This document shows positions 58,101-64,000 of a stretch of DNA of 64,000 nucleotides, in pieces. Location of the stretch: the IMG/VR virus record IMGVR_UViG_3300040751_001717, one strand, 5' to 3'. This DNA is from an uncultured virus (IMG/VR IMGVR_UViG_3300040751_001717). Taxonomy: Duplodnaviria; Heunggongvirae; Uroviricota; Caudoviricetes. The notes under the pieces were generated by a model. It searched no databases. It saw nothing but the letters and a program-made list of their open reading frames with translations, and was not told the DNA's origin. Numbering within the stretch: position 1 is the stretch's first letter; each line of letters starts with the position of its first letter. The translations under genes and the position numbers were made by a program.

Positions 58101-60417
58101 AACAAGACTTGATAACTACAATGTAAACTCAACCTCAAATGTTAATTTCAACCCGTACGTATATAATCCTAATTTAATAAAAGCAGATTGGTATAGAGCT
58201 AGTTCACCAGGAGCTTTTGATAAAATTACAAAGCGGGCTGAGTTAACTGGTATAAACGACCAACTTACCAGTGCTAATCTAGGGCCTTCACCATTTAAAG
58301 TACAAAGAATAAAAGGCTACATTTCGGAACGAGAAGCAATGAGAGATGCTTTAGTACAACGAGCTATAGACGCAAATAGTGATATATATAACATAACTAG
58401 GAGGCTTCAGAATGCTGAGAAGCAAGGAACTAATCTAGGTATAGGTGCTGGTGTCACAGGTGCAGGATATTTTACTTACAGGGGATTGAAAGATGGAACA
58501 TCAGATAATAAAAAATACGGAGGAAAACTAATACCTAGATATAGTGAGTTACCTAAAGCACAAGATGGTAAATACTTACCACCTGCTGTAAGAGATATGT
58601 ATCCTAAAGAGGATCCTATATACTATGATGGTATGCTAGCTGAAACTACAGTTACTGCTCCTAAATATGACGGTCCTCAAATACGCAGAGCTTTTCCTGG
58701 TGAAACAGATCCTGTAAATACAAACTTTGAATTTGCAGGCGTGGATAGAACAAGTGGTCTTAGTGCGTTAAGAGGTTTAGCTAAAGGAGTTAAAAAGATA
58801 GTAGGGCTTAAAGAACCTGCTAAAACCGTAATACAACCTTACAGTAGAAAATTAGATCAAACTTTGTATGCACCTCAAAAAGTTTATGGTAGAGGTATGC
58901 CTAATACGGATGCTGAAATGAACTTACGCGGACAATTGGTAGAACAATATAATGCTAGAAACAACGCATATCACACGGTTAATATAACAGATGACATTAG
59001 AAATAGTGAGTATTTACGTGAGCGTGCAAAAGTTTATGGTTATAATCCAGACAGTGATAGAGATCTTGCATTGTTCTTAGGTACTTCTCCAGGAGGTGGC
59101 GGAAGAAGAACGGGGTATGAAAACTTATTACCTGAAGGATATGATATTTTATATTCAGGTAATAACCCAATTCAAACGTATAGTAGATATGGAGATTTTA
59201 CAAATAATGCTACTCCATATACAACTAAGTTTAAGTTATTTAATGACAATACTTCAATGCTTTCAGATAGACAGTTATTTGAAAGAATTCAAGCTTTAGA
59301 TGGAGTTAATACATACCGACCAGATCTTAGAATAAAAACATTTAATCAAGGAGATAATATTAATGATTTAGTTCAAGGACAGATTATTAACACTAATACA
59401 GTACATGTACCTGGATTAAATCAGACTAACATGATGGTAGGTAGAACTAATGTTCCTGTAAGAGAACCTATAGATATTAGATCTGGTAGAGAGATGAATG
59501 GTTGGCCTAATGCTTTTCAATTAGGTCAAGGAGCTAACTTTAGTAATCCTTCAGATTATGACTTCTACTTTAAACAAAAAGGAGGATCGCTCCCCTCTTA
59601 TCAAGATAAGGGACAAGTAACTCAAACGCGTAGTGAAAAGGTAGGAAGAAACGAAATACCTGAGAATAAAGATTTATTTAGCAAGCATGTAATGTATCCT
59701 GCTTTATTAGAAGGTGCTGCATTTATGGATTGGTACGGACCTAAATTAAATGAAGCCGCAGGGGATATGACACGTTATGCAAAAGAGTATTTGTATTCAA
59801 ATCCAAGTACAGCTGTACCAACAGCAATTGCTCACAGTAAAGCTAATGACTGGTTATTTGAAAATGTAAGACCAGTTGCTTATCCCACTCTTCTTACAGG
59901 TGCTCTTACAGTTGCTTCAGGAATGATGGGTAATAATGCACCACCTGCTTTAGACGCTGATGGTAATTATACAGTAGATGAAGAAGCTTGGAGAAGAGCT
60001 TTAGGTCTAAAAACTGAACCTAAATATATTTTAGAGTCTCAATATAAACCAAGTACGGCAGAAGATCCGAATGCTAAGTATTATACGATTAGTCCTTCTG
60101 TATTAGACAGACAGAAACTTGTTCAGGAAGCTCAGGCTAGAAACATGCAAGTTGGAGATAAAGCTTATATGGAATCTTTAGCACCATACATTGTAGATGG
60201 GTTCATGTCTCAAAATGAGTTCAGCGAAATCGATCCTTTACAACGATTTAAAATGAGCGTTGGTGAAGACGATAAGGGAAGGTATTTATCTATCTATGAT
60301 AAGTATGATTTCAGCGGACCAGCAAATGAGTTTATCATGCCTTATGAGTTCTATGATAGAGTATACTATAAACGAGGAGGTAAGATCCCTCGCTATACTG
60401 GAAACCTTTACCGCTAA
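55099..60417 (+). CDS. large modular protein, putative virion cargo/ejection protein
   Basis: 1772 aa after the muzzle gene; modules separated by xxxGG / LPxxQD motifs. Confidence 0.75.
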   Translation: MKRSRLGYKRYSPDVNNPYNIIPSNRITMQDVDFPVLGIDDFGNSQMMYPGGEYQFPGNEVLELPQFGKGGLKQWFDEKWVDVKTGKDCGRSGKDKKGRPYPACRPSRRVNETTPKTTSEMSAKEKAKFKKKKTSGKRIDYNHKRMFGGSLPSYQDNGQVELVEPGTRDYSTAKYSGNLVHVDPISGNPWITLPEVEIDGRVDYDKYPYYNDLTEKEKEWFNKTGANYGEFFSKDSWTAPIMTRAARRKARIGKDKVTMADEVHAVVDPVLATVMTIPTGAVAGNVGRGLLSGYRAATPTVLNAGNTVGNFMNAPLTVGSTTLPGVTANNLLGAYGATDFALNRAPAIPGQVQRGEYGDAAFNVGMGALDLMGLKYTGAANQFLDTDFARGVSDLTKYKTLSNERTNAQTLINDSYRDISKADGAIADLNTELYKLTIPTTRSLRKQKLFTNQSWGEDSYVGRRLQALGYSGNTIWDPNSTGSRMVPFQNGQIVPGNKKGFELVTTGSNGLNTSVTNQGSIIDFNTGRTLKYNFNFPGGARTAIRLTPDGNARMSEIPSVSKFTPPEGLSSTVSGNINLIENQIPGFKVFGSSRGVADAGLPHVPGDYDGIITKANYDKMVAEGKYPLTDGSGFAKVHEVDINGNLEKIDFNVIEETADGKPTGKLAEQLYRNLDPQGYYEQAARVTAGEQKVVDIPYTADELIEKTNWSGRTIADAFETPSAGAKAKHINRPDVYIAYGDPAKLQEGFETYAKSFLGENANLGPKFSAEQLSNVEENLELLKSMQYPGDINAIASSPERMQVALQDYYINKTTLSRGIDRNRLIGGTDRQNIEDALTEWNVDAGGGNANGMGLNNVQLGDSGWGDIYSHKQFSIPTNNNSPKEFVESIVNYTDGTAPLSTGEVKIIRDILDKHGIPRRDQTDLTELTMKNLLTSLPQNKATESVLNDIAERTGRRYSIYNEFGDSQYAGSFGSFNNDGDILVYGNRYGDTGLVPTGKGLQTRLDNYNVNSTSNVNFNPYVYNPNLIKADWYRASSPGAFDKITKRAELTGINDQLTSANLGPSPFKVQRIKGYISEREAMRDALVQRAIDANSDIYNITRRLQNAEKQGTNLGIGAGVTGAGYFTYRGLKDGTSDNKKYGGKLIPRYSELPKAQDGKYLPPAVRDMYPKEDPIYYDGMLAETTVTAPKYDGPQIRRAFPGETDPVNTNFEFAGVDRTSGLSALRGLAKGVKKIVGLKEPAKTVIQPYSRKLDQTLYAPQKVYGRGMPNTDAEMNLRGQLVEQYNARNNAYHTVNITDDIRNSEYLRERAKVYGYNPDSDRDLALFLGTSPGGGGRRTGYENLLPEGYDILYSGNNPIQTYSRYGDFTNNATPYTTKFKLFNDNTSMLSDRQLFERIQALDGVNTYRPDLRIKTFNQGDNINDLVQGQIINTNTVHVPGLNQTNMMVGRTNVPVREPIDIRSGREMNGWPNAFQLGQGANFSNPSDYDFYFKQKGGSLPSYQDKGQVTQTRSEKVGRNEIPENKDLFSKHVMYPALLEGAAFMDWYGPKLNEAAGDMTRYAKEYLYSNPSTAVPTAIAHSKANDWLFENVRPVAYPTLLTGALTVASGMMGNNAPPALDADGNYTVDEEAWRRALGLKTEPKYILESQYKPSTAEDPNAKYYTISPSVLDRQKLVQEAQARNMQVGDKAYMESLAPYIVDGFMSQNEFSEIDPLQRFKMSVGEDDKGRYLSIYDKYDFSGPANEFIMPYEFYDRVYYKRGGKIPRYTGNLYR

Positions 60418-60440
60418 AAATGGGTATTCTACAGGATTTA

Positions 60441-60450
60441 TTGTATATTA
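60441..60450 (+). promoter_or_regulatory. late-promoter motif
   Basis: TTGTATATTA in the short intergenic gap. Confidence 0.5.
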
Positions 60451-60487
60451 ATATGTAGAGTGTATACTCAGATAATACTACCACCGA

Positions 60488-62074
60488 ATGTCTAAAAACA
60501 TACCTACAAACAAGAAACTTTATGCTCGTGTAAAAGCAGAAGCTAAACGGAAGTTCGATAGATGGCCTTCTGCTTATGGTTCTGCATGGTTAGTTAAAGA
60601 GTATAAAAAGAGAGGTGGAGGTTATCGTAAAGCTGAACAGGGTATGGAAGTACCTGATTACACAATTCCTTATATGGCAGCAGGTGGTAAAATGCCGCAG
60701 TGGTTAGCAGACGCAAGATTTGAAGCTGCAGGCAATGAAGACAAGAAACAAGAATATGGTTATCACTTTGGTGGTATCGTAACTCCAGCAGAACAAATGC
60801 AGATGCTATCTGAAGAACAAGCATTTGTTAATCCGTTTACAGAATCTATGATGTACGGCGGAGAAGAGTACATGTATGGAGGAGAAGAAGAATATAAAAA
60901 AGGTGGTGGTATACCTCAACGCTATAAAAATAAAGGCTTCACTAAAGTTGGTGCTAAGAAAAAGTCTACACGTCCTGGTAAAAAATGGATGGTGCTTGCT
61001 AAGAAAGGTGACAAGTATAAAATTGTACACGGTGGTGATAGCAACATGAAAGACTTTAAGCAACACGGTTCAGCAAAAAGAAAGAAAAGATTCTGGGATC
61101 GAATGGGTGGAAGAGATTCTGCTAAAGCTAAAGATCCGTTCAGTCCGTTATACTGGCACAAGAGATTTGGTACCTGGGCTGAAGGTGGTGAAACGTTTAA
61201 TGAAGATTCACAAGACTTCTATAGATCTGGTGGAGAAAACTGGATTAAAGAAGCTACTGATAGAATGGAAGCGAAGGGTACAGTAGGTGCTTTCACAAAA
61301 CAAGCAAAGCGTGCTGGTTATGATTCTGTTCAAGCTTTTGCAAATAAAGTATTAAACAATGAGGATGACTTTACTAAGACAACGGTTAAGCGTGCTCAGT
61401 TTGCTAAAAACATGAAGGATATTGCAACTGCAAAGTTTGGAATGCAACTACCTAAGTTTCAAGGATTTGATATGTCTCAGGTACCCACTACTTCAGGTAT
61501 GGGTTCTGTGTACATGCAAGATCAAGCTCTTGAAGCTGAGCTAAGTCAGTATGCACCTCCAGCTCCATTATCGATGATCAATCTACCTTCAAAGGGTATA
61601 GGTAATGTTTTTACCCCAGAATCGCCTCAGTTAATTCCTACAGAAACATTAATTGCAAAACAGCAAGCGCAATATGCAAATGCTGAAGAAGCAGCAGAAG
61701 AAACTCCGCAATCTACAGCAATGATAAACTGGGTCAACATTGCAGGTAATGCTGCACTAGGCGCATTGGGTGGTATCGGTAGAGGAATGGAAGCTCGTAG
61801 AAGACAGGATGAAATTGCAGGAATGACTTCTGCAGATAATGTGTTTGCTATGAACCCTCAAGGTTTACCAGGAGACAGAGGTGATTATGATGTTAACACC
61901 GGTTTCTTCCGTCCTGATGAAATGGGATTCAAAAATGATGCACGATACTGGAACCCTTATGTTACTCAAGCTAGTACCTTTAGAGCTAAAGAAGGTGGTC
62001 AGATGGGTATGGTAGATGAACAATTATTACAAGAACTTATTGCAGCTGGCGCTGATATTGAAATCTTAGACTAA
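60488..62074 (+). CDS. modular basic protein, putative virion cargo
   Basis: 528 aa; short Lys/Arg-rich domains separated by xxxGG motifs; Gly/Ala hydrophobic helix near the C-terminus. Confidence 0.75.
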   Translation: MSKNIPTNKKLYARVKAEAKRKFDRWPSAYGSAWLVKEYKKRGGGYRKAEQGMEVPDYTIPYMAAGGKMPQWLADARFEAAGNEDKKQEYGYHFGGIVTPAEQMQMLSEEQAFVNPFTESMMYGGEEYMYGGEEEYKKGGGIPQRYKNKGFTKVGAKKKSTRPGKKWMVLAKKGDKYKIVHGGDSNMKDFKQHGSAKRKKRFWDRMGGRDSAKAKDPFSPLYWHKRFGTWAEGGETFNEDSQDFYRSGGENWIKEATDRMEAKGTVGAFTKQAKRAGYDSVQAFANKVLNNEDDFTKTTVKRAQFAKNMKDIATAKFGMQLPKFQGFDMSQVPTTSGMGSVYMQDQALEAELSQYAPPAPLSMINLPSKGIGNVFTPESPQLIPTETLIAKQQAQYANAEEAAEETPQSTAMINWVNIAGNAALGALGGIGRGMEARRRQDEIAGMTSADNVFAMNPQGLPGDRGDYDVNTGFFRPDEMGFKNDARYWNPYVTQASTFRAKEGGQMGMVDEQLLQELIAAGADIEILD

Positions 62075-64000
62075 TGAAAAAAGTTAAAATCAATAAGCTA
62101 CCTAAAGGTTATCATAGAATGCCTGACGGTACTATTATGAGAGATTCCGATCACAAGAAGTATGGTGGGAATACTCTATCACAAGGTAGTGGTCCTTTTA
62201 ATCTAGAAGCAGAAGGAGGAGAAACTATTGTTACTGATAAAACAGGTAATGGTATACCTGAACTTTATAAAATTGTTGGTCCGAGACACAGTCAGGGTGG
62301 AGTTAAAATGAATGAGAGCGCCGGCTCATTTATTTATTCTGATACACCTAAGATGAAATTAGGTAAAGAGTTAAATAAGTTCTTTGGTAAGTCTGATAAG
62401 AAAGCTTATACTCCTGCTGAGTTGTCTAAGCAATACCTAGATATGAATGAAGACAAGCTAACTCTAATGGACGAGAATGCAGATAGATATGCATTAGCTT
62501 CAGCTGAGATGAACTTGTTTAATAAAACATATAAGCTTGGTGGTCTTGCAATGGCGCAAGAAGCTAAGAAGAATTTTGAAGACGGTATTCCGCAGATTGC
62601 AAATCTTTACGCATCTATGAATGGTATACCTACTGGAGATTCTACAATGCCTGCGGGTATGCAAACTGCAAAGTATGGTAAACAAGTAGGTTATCCTAAG
62701 TACCAAGATAATGGTCAGGTTCAAGCTGATACAACAGGTTTAAGTGCTTTTTTAGAGCAAGCAAATGCAGTTAATGATACTATACAAATACCCCAAGTTG
62801 ATGTTACAGCTATGGACTGGAGCAGGCAACCAAAGGTGGGGGATAGATATTACGTTAATTCAGAGCCTGTAAGTATAAGTAAAATTAAACCAGATCGTTG
62901 GTATGATTATATATCTCCAAACTGGCTGTCAGATCCGGGCGGTATATACTTTAATGACGAAAGCGGAACTGAGTTTTATCTTCCTGTTGATGAGTTTAAT
63001 AGTGTAAAACAAGGAAAACCTCAAGAAAAATACGGCAGAGATGATGATTCAGACTGGAGAGCTTTTGCAGGTTTTAAAGGTCAACAAGATCCTTATACAA
63101 AATATATATTTTCTAGAAGTAGTACGGATGCTGAAGGCAACCGCTACCTTCCAGAATACGAAATTGGAGATACCGGTATTAAACAAGGAACTATCGTTGA
63201 AGGACCGGATGGTAAATTTATGGTACAAGATCCTTTTGCTATGCCGAAGGAAGCATTCTATATGCCTAATTGGTTAACTGAAGCCGTAACTCTTGGTTCA
63301 TATTCTCCTAAAGCTAGCGGATATAAAATTGATCCAGAAACCGGAGAGCAATCAGACGAAATGATAGCACTAGACATAGATAAGATGGCTAGGTTATATA
63401 AGCAGGGTTTGATGAGTATTGATGATAAGCTAATGGGTACGTTAACAGAAGAGCAGCAAGAAGAGCTCACTCAAGCTATTAACGAGCAATCTGGTAGCGA
63501 ACAATCTGCTATTGGTAATGCTACCGGAAGTAACAGGTACGGAGGTCCTGTAAAAAAACAAGGCGGTGGTCAACTAACATTAGAAGAAGCAAAAAATCAA
63601 GGGACACTTGTTAAAGAGGAAAATGGTTTTGCTGCTTATAATGTATCAGGTAAAGTATACGTTTATAAGGATGGTGTTTTAGTTTCTGTTGATGGGCAAA
63701 CTATTTCTCAAAATGTTGCTACAACTCCTCCACCGGCTAATAATACTCCACCAACACCACCAGCTAATAACACTGCACCAAGTGCACCCAGCACACCGTC
63801 TACACCTTCCGGAGGTTCTGGAAGCTCTAGTGGTTCTATGAACAACAGTGCAGTTGATGAGGATTTAGATGCTCAATTGAGAGCTGCCGGTGTTATTATT
63901 AATGACGTAGGTATTGGTGAAACAAGATATGATGATGTTCAGCGATCTCAAGGTCAAGGTAGATATGGAGATGCTAGTAAAAATGAAGGTGGGTTCCAAC
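62074..64000 (+). CDS. 5' part of a large putative cargo/ejection protein (>640 aa, runs off the window; not in the ORF track)
   Basis: ATG overlaps the previous stop (TAATG); MKKVKINKLPKGYHRMPDG...NLEAEGGE...GPRHSQGGV...FIYSD; no in-frame stop seen before 64000. Confidence 0.85.
   Translation, partial: MKKVKINKLPKGYHRMPDGTIMRDSDHKKYGGNTLSQGSGPFNLEAEGGETIVTDKTGNGIPELYKIVGPRHSQGGVKMNESAGSFIYSDTPKMKLGKELNKFFGKSDKKAYTPAELSKQYLDMNEDKLTLMDENADRYALASAEMNLFNKTYKLGGLAMAQEAKKNFEDGIPQIANLYASMNGIPTGDSTMPAGMQTAKYGKQVGYPKYQDNGQVQADTTGLSAFLEQANAVNDTIQIPQVDVTAMDWSRQPKVGDRYYVNSEPVSISKIKPDRWYDYISPNWLSDPGGIYFNDESGTEFYLPVDEFNSVKQGKPQEKYGRDDDSDWRAFAGFKGQQDPYTKYIFSRSSTDAEGNRYLPEYEIGDTGIKQGTIVEGPDGKFMVQDPFAMPKEAFYMPNWLTEAVTLGSYSPKASGYKIDPETGEQSDEMIALDIDKMARLYKQGLMSIDDKLMGTLTEEQQEELTQAINEQSGSEQSAIGNATGSNRYGGPVKKQGGGQLTLEEAKNQGTLVKEENGFAAYNVSGKVYVYKDGVLVSVDGQTISQNVATTPPPANNTPPTPPANNTAPSAPSTPSTPSGGSGSSSGSMNNSAVDEDLDAQLRAAGVIINDVGIGETRYDDVQRSQGQGRYGDASKNEGGFQ

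Noticed and set aside
3847..63470. The many short antisense or alternate-frame ORFs in the track (e.g. 13816-14457, 22912-23547, 24859-25374, 44398-44925)
   Set aside because: They lie inside well-supported + strand genes and read as codon-bias shadows with no recognisable motifs
1..64000. Stop-codon reassignment (TAG or TGA), known in some crAss-like phages
   Set aside because: Very long genes are open in the standard code; TAG (3563) and TGA (e.g. 9278, 55102) end genes exactly where the next gene starts
55099..64000. Virion RNA polymerase
   Set aside because: No DxDxD catalytic motif in a double-psi-barrel context was seen; it may lie beyond the window

Overview
The window is 64 kb of a large, AT-rich lytic dsDNA phage with the gene content and order of a crAss-like (Crassvirales-related) podovirus. 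The host is most likely an aquatic Bacteroidota: leaders are A-rich and lack Shine-Dalgarno sites, a TAnnTTTG promoter is present, and one signal peptide follows the Gln rule. Bases 1-3.2 kb are a leftward block of small genes (including an acyl-CoA thioesterase and a beta-barrel-like secreted protein) separated by unusually structured intergenic DNA. From 3.3 kb the late module runs rightward: endolysin, HU/IHF-like protein, PD-(D/E)XK nuclease, TerL, portal, scaffold-like protein, MCP, ring/auxiliary capsid proteins, a Dps/ferritin-like protein, about 25 kb of mosaic fibre/LamG/FN3 genes, a phosphoesterase, tail ring and muzzle proteins, and three large putative cargo (ejection) proteins, the last running off the window. 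The standard genetic code fits, and I saw no tRNA, CRISPR array, integrase or intron. The main unexplained signals are: (1) a two-hairpin, sRNA-like element at 45485-45547 whose 14-nt loop is antisense to an AAACCAAC(A) motif at the start codons of several phage genes; (2) cargo proteins built as cassettes delimited by xxxGG / LPxxQ motifs, carrying TonB-box-like peptides and a nucleotidyltransferase-like domain; (3) a stand-alone mini-protein resembling the redox C-terminal tail of class Ia ribonucleotide reductase; and (4) a cluster of structured elements, including a template-strand C(GTA)G mini-hairpin, in the left block. All family assignments come from motif recognition by eye, not from database searches.
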